Source: an uncultured Gammaproteobacteria bacterium (GTDB taxonomy: Bacteria; Patescibacteriota; Microgenomatia; UBA12405). From it: 64,000 nt of DNA. Under the pieces are notes generated by a model, which was not told where the DNA came from, made no database searches, and saw nothing but the letters and a program-made list of their open reading frames with translations. Below are positions 37,840-47,069 of this stretch, piece after piece; the first letter of the stretch is position 1; the number at the start of each line of letters is the position of its first letter. The position numbers were made by a program, and so were the translations under genes. The stretch lies in contig CAZCYZ010000001.1 of assembly GCA_964503465.1 (NCBI GenBank), positions 17,583 to 81,582 on the forward strand, written 5' to 3'.

Positions 37840-38801
37840 TGGATATCTTTTACCCCGTTCAAATACTAGCCGATTCGATTGTCAGTAGAGAAACTTATTT
37901 TGGGTCAGCCTTAAATTTCTTTATCTACGACACCATTAAAATCGGGATTCTTCTGGTCTTTATCAATTACTTAATGGCTATTACCCGCTATTACTTTCCC
38001 ACGAATAAAGTTAGGGATATGCTTACCAAAAGACGCTGGTATGGCCTTGATTATCTTTTTGCCGCTTTCCTTGGAGTCGTTACCCCATTTTGTTCCTGTT
38101 CCTCAATTCCTCTTTTTATCGGTTTTGTCAGTGCCGGAATACCTCTGGGAGTTACTTTTGCTTTCCTAATTGCTTCACCTCTTGTCAATGAATCTTCACT
38201 GATTCTTTTTCCGGCTCTATTTGGACTCAAAACGACCATTATTTACAACCTTGTCGGAGTCATCGTGGCCGTAATCGGGGGCATGATTATTCAGAGACTA
38301 CATTTGGAAAAATACGTTAATCAGCAACTCTTAAAATTCAAATCACGTACCGACGTCGAAGCCGAAAGCGGTGGACAGAAAATAGAATTAAAAAAGTTCT
38401 TAAGCTACTGGTGGGCCGATGGCATCAAAATCACCAAAAGCATTTTTCCTTATGTTGTTTTAGGTGTTGCTATTGGAGCCATCATTCATGGATTTATACC
38501 TGCAACTTTAATTGAAAAATATCTAAGCTTTAAAGCCTGGTGGGTAGTACCAGTAGCAACATTACTAGGCGTTCCACTATACGCCAATTCAGTTTCAGTT
38601 ATTCCGGTAGTGGAGGTCCTAATTGGAAAGGGGATACCTATGGGAACGGCACTGGCCTTTATGACCGCCACTGTTACTCTATCTATTCCCGAAGCTTTGA
38701 TTCTCAAACAAGCCATGAAGTGGCAATTACTAGCCATCTTTTTTGGCATTACCATTCTCGGCATCATGTTGATCGGTTATTTGTTCAATTTTATATCGTG
38801 A
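37839..38801 (+). CDS. arsP: ArsP/DUF318 permease
   Basis: TPFCSCSSIP, GVPLY, G.P.GTALAFM...LS.PE. Confidence 0.85.
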   Translation: MDIFYPVQILADSIVSRETYFGSALNFFIYDTIKIGILLVFINYLMAITRYYFPTNKVRDMLTKRRWYGLDYLFAAFLGVVTPFCSCSSIPLFIGFVSAGIPLGVTFAFLIASPLVNESSLILFPALFGLKTTIIYNLVGVIVAVIGGMIIQRLHLEKYVNQQLLKFKSRTDVEAESGGQKIELKKFLSYWWADGIKITKSIFPYVVLGVAIGAIIHGFIPATLIEKYLSFKAWWVVPVATLLGVPLYANSVSVIPVVEVLIGKGIPMGTALAFMTATVTLSIPEALILKQAMKWQLLAIFFGITILGIMLIGYLFNFIS

Positions 38802-39280
38802 GTAAGTTTTATATTTTTGGCCCAATCGCATTTGCTATTGTCCTCGGCCTAACTATCTTCCAACCGTTTAGATCAACCAAAAAAGTCATTTTATCAGCCA
38901 AAGACCAACCACCAACTCCGATCCAGACAATTTCGACAACCCTACCTTCCGGTTCTGAAAAGATGGAGATCTTACACTTTCATGCTACCCGACAATGCAC
39001 TTCCTGTATCAACATCGGTAAATTTACTAAAGCCACCATCGAGGACAAGTTTCCCGAGGAATACAGATCCGGCAAAATTGTTTTCCGGGAAATCAACATA
39101 GACTTACCTGAAAACTATAAAATTGCCAACGATTATAAAGTCAGCGGATCAGCCCTTTACCTAAATGCCGTGAAAGATGGAACAGAAAATCATGAAGAAG
39201 ATACAACCGTTTGGCGATTAGTTACCCACGAAATCCAGCTCAAAAATTACTTTGAGGCCAGGTTGAGGGCATTACTCTAA
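38798..39280 (+). CDS. ArsF-like thioredoxin-fold protein
   Basis: HFHATRQCTSC. GTG start overlaps the arsP stop. Confidence 0.75.
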   Translation: MSKFYIFGPIAFAIVLGLTIFQPFRSTKKVILSAKDQPPTPIQTISTTLPSGSEKMEILHFHATRQCTSCINIGKFTKATIEDKFPEEYRSGKIVFREINIDLPENYKIANDYKVSGSALYLNAVKDGTENHEEDTTVWRLVTHEIQLKNYFEARLRALL

Positions 39281-39982
39281 ATGGACTGGATAAATTATTT
39301 GATTGATAGCTACAACATCCCGCTGTTATCTGCCTTTTTGATTGGGGTAATGACCTCAATTAGTCCTTGTCCGCTGGCCACTAACATTACTGCCATCGCT
39401 TATATCTCCAAAGATATTAAGACAGTCAAAAATACTTTGCTAAATGGTCTCTTTTACACCTTGGGTAGAGGAATCAGTTATACACTACTCGCCACCTTCA
39501 TTTATTTCGGTCTTTCATCTTTTAAGGTTTCTTCTGTTTTTCAAGGTTGGGGAGATAAGGTCTTGGGTCCGGTTTTAATCACCATCGGTTTAGTTATGGC
39601 CGATATTACCAAAATCAATTTTAAAACCAATAATTCAAAGATTGAAAATATTAAGTTATGGTTAGCCAAAAAAGGTTATATTGGCTCACTTCTCCTTGGA
39701 ACGCTTTTTGCCATCGCCTTTTGTCCGTACAGTGGTGTTTTATTTTTTGGCGTTTTAATTCCTATGGTTTTGAAATCACCAGAAAGTCTTTTGTTGCCCC
39801 CAATGTTTGCTCTTGGTACTGGTTTGCCCGTAATAGTCTTTTCCTTTCTCATCGCTTTTAGTGTCAACAAAGTCAGTCAGGTATTCCTGAAAGTTTCAAA
39901 GGTGGAGGAAGTCATTCGAAAAATCACCGCCTCGGTTTTTGTTGTTGTGGGAATATACTACCTGAAGAATTTGTTACCTTAG
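39281..39982 (+). CDS. ArsG/DsbD(CcdA)-like membrane protein
   Basis: ISPCPLATNI, AFCPYSG.LFFG. Confidence 0.8.
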   Translation: MDWINYLIDSYNIPLLSAFLIGVMTSISPCPLATNITAIAYISKDIKTVKNTLLNGLFYTLGRGISYTLLATFIYFGLSSFKVSSVFQGWGDKVLGPVLITIGLVMADITKINFKTNNSKIENIKLWLAKKGYIGSLLLGTLFAIAFCPYSGVLFFGVLIPMVLKSPESLLLPPMFALGTGLPVIVFSFLIAFSVNKVSQVFLKVSKVEEVIRKITASVFVVVGIYYLKNLLP

Positions 39983-40032
39983 ATTCCGTAAGCTATCTTT
40001 TTAATTTCGTCCAAGGTAAAGAGATTAGCAAC

Positions 40033-40635
40033 TTACGGCTTTCTTGCCAGTACCACCAGGTGATGTTCGCCACCAGACCCATCAACTTCTGCCATGATAA
40101 TTTCAAAACCCGCCATTTTTATTAGTTCAAGATTTTTGTCTTTCCCATAATGACTCCAGTGCATTGTTACTCCATAGAACTCTTCAGAACCTTCCCAATC
40201 TTCTGATCCCAAAGTTGCCAAAAACATCCCACTTCTCCTAAGAAACCCAAAAATTTTTTTAAAGATTTCTAAGTGTTCTTTCCTTGGAATATGAAATATG
40301 GCATAAAAAGATACCACTGCATCAAAAAAACCCGGCGGGAAAAAAGTTTTTGACATATCCTCAACGAGGTAAACCGCTTGTGGCACATTTATCTTAGCCA
40401 ATTCAATTTGTTTTTCTGAAATGTCAACACCGGTCACTCGATGTCCTTTCGAAATCAAGTATTCATCTATTGGAACTCCCGCCCCACAGCCCACATCCAA
40501 AATTCTCGACCCTTGTTTTAGGTACTTATTCAATTCATCCAAATATTTTTTATTTTTAAAAACATCTCTACCCAAACCATAACTATTGGCACATCGGTTA
40601 TACCCATCCTTAACCAACAGCCTCATATTTTTCAT
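40033..40635 (-). CDS. class I SAM-dependent methyltransferase
   Basis: ILDVGCGAG, GVDIS, FDAVVSFYAIFH. Confidence 0.9.
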   Translation of the reverse strand: MKNMRLLVKDGYNRCANSYGLGRDVFKNKKYLDELNKYLKQGSRILDVGCGAGVPIDEYLISKGHRVTGVDISEKQIELAKINVPQAVYLVEDMSKTFFPPGFFDAVVSFYAIFHIPRKEHLEIFKKIFGFLRRSGMFLATLGSEDWEGSEEFYGVTMHWSHYGKDKNLELIKMAGFEIIMAEVDGSGGEHHLVVLARKP

Positions 40636-40726
40636 GACTAATTATATCCTTCTATCACCTTCTAGTTTCCTTCAGGATAAAGTCATTGTCTATAAAATCA
40701 AAATCCTATTGGGTATTATTTACTTA

Positions 40727-41548
40727 ATGGGTGTTATCAAAACACTTGCTAAGTCTTTGTCTATTGCCCTGTTAATTTTGATCCTCACCTCGCCAGTATG
40801 GATCAAAACCATTCCAACCAAAAATATTTCTTTCCTAATTGGTAGATCGTCAGTGATCGATAATTTACTTTGTCATTTTTCCAATAAAGTTAGTGGAAAA
40901 GCGCTGGATTCACTTGTTACCTCTGGTAGCTTGATCACTATGAATCGTTGTTTTAAGCCGGAGGATTTGGTTGTCGGGACTCTGATAATATTCCACGACA
41001 ATTCCGCTCCGCGTTTTGGTATTATCCGTCACCTAATTCCACTTGATCCAATTGTTTACAAAGTATCGGACGAAAAAGCCCCCGAATTGCTCCATGATGT
41101 GGTTAAAGAAGAAATAATCGGTATTACCAACAATATCGATATCAGTCAGTCAAAATATCAAGCCAAAAATCGAGTCGAATCTTTTATTCTTGACTCTACA
41201 GAGTTTTTGAAAGATTTATATTTAGCCAAAATACCCCGGAGCATGGGTCTGGAAATGGCCACTGTCGGAAAAACAAATAATTTCAATAATCAGCAGGACA
41301 AATTTTGCATTGTAATTTTTCCCAGGAAAAAACTGACCGGAGTTAATAGTGAAATTATCAACCAGCAAACAAAAAGTATTATTTCCTTGGGAAAAGATAT
41401 TGTTTTTGATACCGCTCCGTCACCAAACATCAATTGCTCAGAATTTGGCTCCGGCCAGGGAATGCTCAATTTATCTCCGGGCAATTACCAGTATCGTTTT
41501 CTAGTCAATCATCAAGTGCTGTTCACCATTCCTTTTGAAATACAATAG
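40727..41548 (+). CDS. exported hypothetical protein
   Basis: N-terminal TM and a C-terminal Ig-like segment (L.PG.Y). Confidence 0.6.
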   Translation: MGVIKTLAKSLSIALLILILTSPVWIKTIPTKNISFLIGRSSVIDNLLCHFSNKVSGKALDSLVTSGSLITMNRCFKPEDLVVGTLIIFHDNSAPRFGIIRHLIPLDPIVYKVSDEKAPELLHDVVKEEIIGITNNIDISQSKYQAKNRVESFILDSTEFLKDLYLAKIPRSMGLEMATVGKTNNFNNQQDKFCIVIFPRKKLTGVNSEIINQQTKSIISLGKDIVFDTAPSPNINCSEFGSGQGMLNLSPGNYQYRFLVNHQVLFTIPFEIQ

Positions 41549-41584
41549 TTTCCCGTCTTGTTGCTGAGTTGGTGTTCGACATGC

Positions 41585-41614
41585 TTGACATAATGTAATG
41601 TATAACATACATTA
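41585..41614 (+). promoter_or_regulatory. sigma70 promoter with overlapping operator
   Basis: TTGACA-N17-TACATT, with inverted repeat TAATGTAT-AAC-ATACATTA at 41596-41614. Confidence 0.65.
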
Positions 41615-41621
41615 TTCTTGT

Positions 41622-42044
41622 ATGAACAGAAAACAATATAAACAACTTCGGATAATTATTGCTTTCTTTGTCGGTATTATTGTTTCCCTTGCTCTTGTTC
41701 GTGACAGTTATCTTTTAGCCACCGCCGGCGTTCTTACTGGTGTTGTTTTTATGCTGTTAGTCCGTTCTCGGGCTAACATTAGAACTGACGAACGGGAACT
41801 AGTAGTTCAGGAAAAGGCCGCTCGGTCGACTTACGCTATTTTTACTCCCACTATTGGTATTGCTGCCTTTTTGTTACTACTTCCTTCTCGGGGCGGTCTT
41901 TCTGTTTTTAGTCGGGGGGAGTGGCTTTATCTTGAATCTTTGGGTATGGTCTTTGCCTATCTATCTTTATTCCTCATCACTGTATATGCCATTTCCTATC
42001 ATTTTTTCAACCAAAAATTTGGCGGTGATAGCGATGAAAAATAA
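41622..42044 (+). CDS. DUF2178-like membrane protein
   Basis: TDER....KA motif, four TMs, next to an HTH gene. Confidence 0.7.
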   Translation: MNRKQYKQLRIIIAFFVGIIVSLALVRDSYLLATAGVLTGVVFMLLVRSRANIRTDERELVVQEKAARSTYAIFTPTIGIAAFLLLLPSRGGLSVFSRGEWLYLESLGMVFAYLSLFLITVYAISYHFFNQKFGGDSDEK

Positions 42045-42225
42045 GCTTAGGGTTTTTCGAGCAATGCATGATCTAACTCAAGAACAATTAGCCGACAAAA
42101 TTGGCATTAGCCGCCAAACTGTCATCGCTATTGAGGCCGACAAATACCTGCCATCTCTGGGTCTGGCTTTTAAAATTGCTCAATTTTTTAAAGTCAAGAT
42201 TGAGGATATTTTTATCAATCAATAG
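42034..42225 (+). CDS. XRE-family HTH regulator
   Basis: LTQEQLADKIGISRQTVIAIE..KY.PSL.LAFKIA. Confidence 0.92.
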   Translation: MKNKLRVFRAMHDLTQEQLADKIGISRQTVIAIEADKYLPSLGLAFKIAQFFKVKIEDIFINQ

Positions 42226-42236
42226 GAGGTTTTACT

Positions 42237-42644
42237 ATGAACTTCAAAATCCTTAAACAAAACTTATTTTATTTTGTTGCCGTTAGTTTTAGTATCTTTT
42301 TGCTTTTTTTCTTCATCACCAGCGTTTGGATTGGTCATGAGGCCAAAAGATTATGTCAGGAGGCCAAGTGGGAATATGGTAAAACCGATTGTACCGAAGC
42401 TCTCATGGCCACGCTCGAAGATAAAAATCAGGGCTACAGGACCAGAAATCACGCCATTTGGGCTCTTGGTCAGTTTGGCGACAGTCGAGCCCTATTAACT
42501 CTTCAAAAATATTACACCGGTAATATTCCCAACCGAGAACCTCTAGACGACACTATTAGTCAGTACGAACTCAAAAAGGCCATCAATCTCACCAATGGTG
42601 GTGTCAACATTGCCGCTTGGGCCTGGCGATGGGGAGTCAAATAA
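42237..42644 (+). CDS. membrane-anchored HEAT-repeat protein
   Basis: AGGAGG RBS and RNHAIWALGQFGD.RA. Confidence 0.7.
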   Translation: MNFKILKQNLFYFVAVSFSIFLLFFFITSVWIGHEAKRLCQEAKWEYGKTDCTEALMATLEDKNQGYRTRNHAIWALGQFGDSRALLTLQKYYTGNIPNREPLDDTISQYELKKAINLTNGGVNIAAWAWRWGVK

Positions 42645-42674
42645 TCCTCTTTCAATTCCTGTTGCCCTCGCAAA

Positions 42675-43097
42675 CTAATCTATCTTATTGTTTATCAGGA
42701 GTACTCCTCCTATACCCAAGCCAACCAGGGCAACCGAATACACAACAATCGACAATATCACCAGCAACCATGGCCACCCAGATGGATCAACCTTGCCTGA
42801 CGCGAGTCCAGATAGAACAGCATATACTTGTCCAAGAATTAGTGACCCCAATGCCGCAGTAAAACATGAATTAATCAGTTTTTGATACCGCCGACACTTT
42901 TTTGCTCCGACAATCAGTAATATCCCGCCCAGCAATGCCATTGGGAAAAGTTCAGCTGGTAGTAGGTAGTCAAACAGGAGTCGTTGGTCAATAATAAATC
43001 TTGTCGCCGCAAAAATAACTGGGAACAAAATTGGTAGCCAGCAAAAAATTGTCCCAAGGATTATTAAAATTCTTATAAAGGTATTTGTCATTCTCAC
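42675..43097 (-). CDS. hypothetical membrane protein
   Basis: Four TMs, DYLLPAELF. Confidence 0.6.
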   Translation of the reverse strand: MRMTNTFIRILIILGTIFCWLPILFPVIFAATRFIIDQRLLFDYLLPAELFPMALLGGILLIVGAKKCRRYQKLINSCFTAALGSLILGQVYAVLSGLASGKVDPSGWPWLLVILSIVVYSVALVGLGIGGVLLINNKID

Positions 43098-43185
43098 CTA
43101 TTAATGATATATCACTAATAAAGTCAATTATGAGCACGCCCGTGTTCACCCCGCCATTTGGTCACCTACAAATTGATATGTTTTG

Positions 43186-43545
43186 ATGAACGATAAAGTT
43201 GCAAAATACATCCAAAAACAGCCACCTCTTCAAGCAGAAATATGCCGCCACTTAAGGCAGATGATTTTAGTCAATTTCCCCAAAATCAAAGAAACCGTTA
43301 TGTCAGAAGGTTTGTGGTATGAAGGGAAGTTTTATATAATTTCATTTGTTGACCATGTAAATCTGGGTGTAGGAATAAATGGACTAAACACAGAAGAATT
43401 GAAACAACTCGCAGGCAAAGGAAAGTTTATGAGGCATATTAAATTATTTTCCCCTGAAGATGTCAATCAAGAAAAATTGCTTCCACTGATGCGGTTGGTT
43501 TATAAAAAAACCAAATGTACCTGTCAAATTAGTTGGAAAGATTAA
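43186..43545 (+). CDS. DUF1801-like protein
   Basis: V..YI...LR.MI...P...E..HVNLG...GK.MRHIK. Confidence 0.7.
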   Translation: MNDKVAKYIQKQPPLQAEICRHLRQMILVNFPKIKETVMSEGLWYEGKFYIISFVDHVNLGVGINGLNTEELKQLAGKGKFMRHIKLFSPEDVNQEKLLPLMRLVYKKTKCTCQISWKD

Positions 43546-46500
43546 AACCCCCTGACTTTTTTCAGCATATATCCCAATCCGCCAACCAGCAGTACCCCCC
43601 CCAAGAGAATAGTGTAGATTTTTGAACCCAAATATCCAGATCTGTTAATTTTATTATCTTTATCTATAGTTATTTGTTTACCACCAAGAATCGTTTCTTT
43701 CACGTTTTTAGAAGTAATCAAAACCTCTCCTTCCTCCGCCGCCGCATTAAATTTTCCCTCCCCGTTTACTAGTCTAAATTTGGTGTGGATATTTTGGATT
43801 ACAAAATATTCATCCTCCGGTAACTGGTGGTGAATAAATTTGCTTAATTTCTCCTCAAACAAACCCGACCAGTATCGATCAAATTTGATGGCGTAAACCG
43901 TCGCTGGGGAATCAAAATTAGCCGTCATCTGACCTTTGATCAACACTGGGTCGTGATTTGAATCAACGGCGAATAAGCTGTCTTTGGTGATCGATAGTAT
44001 CCCAAGTGAACTGTTAGTAAAAGGTTTAACTATATTAAATTTAATACTTACATCTGCCCTATAAATCGTCCCCGGGTCGAGGCTGGCATATCTTTTGTTA
44101 TAAACCGGAGTAAACTGTCCCCGTGAGTAAATTGAAATGCCATTTATCCAATCTGGCACTGGTGTTGGCGTATTTTTGCCAAGATTGTATTCCGATGCAT
44201 ATTCTCCTATTTGGTAGAACTCTACTTGGTTTAACTTAATTTGAGCAAAGTACATTCCCTTATCGTTGGCAAACACAAATCGAACATTTTTGTAAGGAAA
44301 ACTTGGTGTTTTCTCCACCCCGCCACTATCAAATACTTTCAACCCCAGCATCTTGTCACTCCCATCGCCTACTGTTGTCATGGCATACGTTCCACCATTG
44401 CTAATCGCCACACTTTTAAAATCATTGTCACTCTCCAGTTCCTTACTCCAACTTGATTGGCCAAAATAATAAAGCTTCTTGTGGGTTCGAACAACCACCG
44501 TACTATCATTGCTACTTGAATCGTACTTGGTTGCCGCTGTGTGCTCCGAAATATTTCCAATCGTTCGCACTTGTTGACCAGATATTGTTTTTTCACACAA
44601 ATTACCACCGCAGTCATCAATATAATTATTGTTTCGCAAAAAATAATCCCCACAATTAGCTGCATTCCGCTCAAAATTATCATCACCCTTCCCTTTCGTT
44701 TCATGTTGGGTGTATTTGTGCAATCCCTTGTCCAAGAGTAGGTAAGGACAAACATAAAACCCATCCGGGGACACTTCCATCGATATCGCGTTCTTTTTAT
44801 CCAAGGTGGTTGTTCCCAGCTCATTACCACTGGCATTAAATACCTTCACAATTCCCTCATGGTCGGTTGCCCCCATGCCAGGATTGACGTACAATCCCAC
44901 CGTTTCGCCATTATATGATGTATCAAGTCCGACATAACGCATTTGCTCCACCGAATAGGGGACGGGTACAATGTTTATTTGATTCCCGGATACAAAATCA
45001 AGGAAATGTAAATCTCTGGTTTTTGATTTGTTGTCACCCACGCTGACCACCAACAACTGACCATTTTTGCTTCCCACCATATTTCCAATTAGTCTTTCCC
45101 CAGTCCCCAAGTTTTTCTTCCACAAAAGTTTTGGAGTGACCAAATGTAGTCCATTATCATCAAGTCTCCCTCCTATTTTTTCTAACACAAATTCCAAATT
45201 GTTATTCTCCGGTACTGCGTTAACATCTTGTCTAATGGTTTTATAACCCGGAGCCGATACTACAAACTGATATCTCCCCGGTTGCAATTCTGGCATTGGC
45301 CCACTGCCATTAATATCCACCTCCTTTCTAAAGTCTGTGTTAACTGCTAAGACGTGACCATTAACCAGGTTTCCGGCCGTATCCTTAATTGTTACTCTAA
45401 ACAATACATCTTGATCTTTGAGGACAAAATTAACCGAGTTAAACAATAAGTATCCCTCCTTACAGGCCTTAAATTCATCACCAAACTTAAATTCAATTTG
45501 CCTAGTATCCGCCTTCGAGTATTCACTGTGGGTTGCCTTAATTATCTGTTTTCCCAACCTGTTTATCCCCTTTAGGTGAAAATAGCCAATATCACTGCTT
45601 TGAGTTTCTTGTCCACTGTCCGCCTTAATCGTCGCCATTTTGACTCGTTTCCCCAAAATATCATCAACTCGGCCATTAACCGACCCCAAGTAAATTGGTA
45701 ACCAAAAAGATCTTTGGCTTTGATTGCCCTCCTGGTCACCTACCACCAAGGTATATTCTTTAAGTTTGCCGCAATATAGGTTGGGGTCAGTTGATGGGTT
45801 AACTACCACTGTTGTTTCAAAATCTTTATAATTTTTTCCCAAAATATTTCCCTCTGTCTGATAGACTGGTGCTTTATCTTCAGTGTATTTCCCGTCATAT
45901 ATCTTAACCTTGGCCACGCCACTTTCCTCGCCGGTGTTCTTCACCTGGAAATTAACCAAGAAAGAGTCTAAAGTATCCTCCACTATTTTTTTGGTCAAAG
46001 TTGTTACTTCATATCTGGCCGGTGCTGGCCGTAGATCAATTTCCAACACAAACGTGTTGTTGTTTTCATATACTTCAGGAATTACCTGGCTTGGATCAAC
46101 TTTAAAAGTGATTCGATTAAGTTCCCCTGGAATCGGATTGTAGGACACCGCTTTTATCCAATAATTAGGAACATTATAATTTTTTGAATCAGAGTGCAAA
46201 TCCAAGCTTGACACCACCCAGCTTTTAAAGTTATGCAAATATTGGCCATTTAGTGATTCCTCAATCAAAAAATCTCCTACCGAATCTGAAAAACTTTTTG
46301 GTGGACCGTTCCTGGCTCCCACGTAAATCAAATGCTCAACCTTTTCCTTAAACAACTGCTGTTCGTTTGACATCATTCCATCTCGGTTGGGGGTATGGCC
46401 GGAAGATGCTTCCACCTCAATATTCCAAGCATAGCCCATGCCATTGTTCACCAACTTAAAATAAAGTTGTTTGGTTTTTTCATCATAGTACACCCCATGA

Positions 46501-46892
46501 AAACTACTTTCTCGATGACCCACCGACAAATCGGGTGCGTAAACATACTGATCCACTCCACAAGTTTGTTTGCAATCATTCTGATTGGGGACGATACAGC
46601 TCTCAATTAGTGGTTTACATACAAACATCGCCTTAAATGGCACGTCAATGTTATCGCCACTTTTAACCACGTCATATACTGATTTCAGAAAACTTATCGT
46701 CTTGACAATGGTATTTCCTTTTTCCTCGGTACAATTATCAGCAAAAACATCATAGCAATAAGTTCCCTGCCACACAAACCGATAAGCCAAGCACTGGGAA
46801 TAACAAGTTCCCTCACTTTGTTGATAGGCCCAACTTGTCCCCCGGAAAACAAAAACAAACACCAATCCAAATAGAACAAAATACTTTTTCAT
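43542..46892 (-). CDS. large surface protein (CARDB/Ig-like, carboxypeptidase-regulatory-like and beta-propeller-like domains)
   Basis: Signal peptide, VDP...IPE..ENNN, SAPGY and a C-terminal TM. Confidence 0.75.
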   Translation of the reverse strand: MKKYFVLFGLVFVFVFRGTSWAYQQSEGTCYSQCLAYRFVWQGTYCYDVFADNCTEEKGNTIVKTISFLKSVYDVVKSGDNIDVPFKAMFVCKPLIESCIVPNQNDCKQTCGVDQYVYAPDLSVGHRESSFHGVYYDEKTKQLYFKLVNNGMGYAWNIEVEASSGHTPNRDGMMSNEQQLFKEKVEHLIYVGARNGPPKSFSDSVGDFLIEESLNGQYLHNFKSWVVSSLDLHSDSKNYNVPNYWIKAVSYNPIPGELNRITFKVDPSQVIPEVYENNNTFVLEIDLRPAPARYEVTTLTKKIVEDTLDSFLVNFQVKNTGEESGVAKVKIYDGKYTEDKAPVYQTEGNILGKNYKDFETTVVVNPSTDPNLYCGKLKEYTLVVGDQEGNQSQRSFWLPIYLGSVNGRVDDILGKRVKMATIKADSGQETQSSDIGYFHLKGINRLGKQIIKATHSEYSKADTRQIEFKFGDEFKACKEGYLLFNSVNFVLKDQDVLFRVTIKDTAGNLVNGHVLAVNTDFRKEVDINGSGPMPELQPGRYQFVVSAPGYKTIRQDVNAVPENNNLEFVLEKIGGRLDDNGLHLVTPKLLWKKNLGTGERLIGNMVGSKNGQLLVVSVGDNKSKTRDLHFLDFVSGNQINIVPVPYSVEQMRYVGLDTSYNGETVGLYVNPGMGATDHEGIVKVFNASGNELGTTTLDKKNAISMEVSPDGFYVCPYLLLDKGLHKYTQHETKGKGDDNFERNAANCGDYFLRNNNYIDDCGGNLCEKTISGQQVRTIGNISEHTAATKYDSSSNDSTVVVRTHKKLYYFGQSSWSKELESDNDFKSVAISNGGTYAMTTVGDGSDKMLGLKVFDSGGVEKTPSFPYKNVRFVFANDKGMYFAQIKLNQVEFYQIGEYASEYNLGKNTPTPVPDWINGISIYSRGQFTPVYNKRYASLDPGTIYRADVSIKFNIVKPFTNSSLGILSITKDSLFAVDSNHDPVLIKGQMTANFDSPATVYAIKFDRYWSGLFEEKLSKFIHHQLPEDEYFVIQNIHTKFRLVNGEGKFNAAAEEGEVLITSKNVKETILGGKQITIDKDNKINRSGYLGSKIYTILLGGVLLVGGLGYMLKKVRGF

Positions 46893-46947
46893 CTTCTCTC
46901 TTCAACTCGAATTATAATCGAAGCCTAACCTTTTGTATAATTCATCA

Positions 46948-47022
46948 ATGTGGACTTGTCCCGTCTGCCGTCGGCTCTTTGAAAAAGCCAAAGAATCCTA
47001 TCACCTAAAAGACAATTCATAA
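46948..47022 (+). pseudogene. 24-aa remnant MWTCPVCRRLF... (probably a truncated gene)
   Basis: TGTATAAT 6 nt before the ATG. MWTCPxC start resembles DUF5655-like proteins. Confidence 0.4.
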
Positions 47023-47069
47023 TTTCTTAAAAAAGAATCGGCCATTTTCTTGTATCATTAATCTAACCG

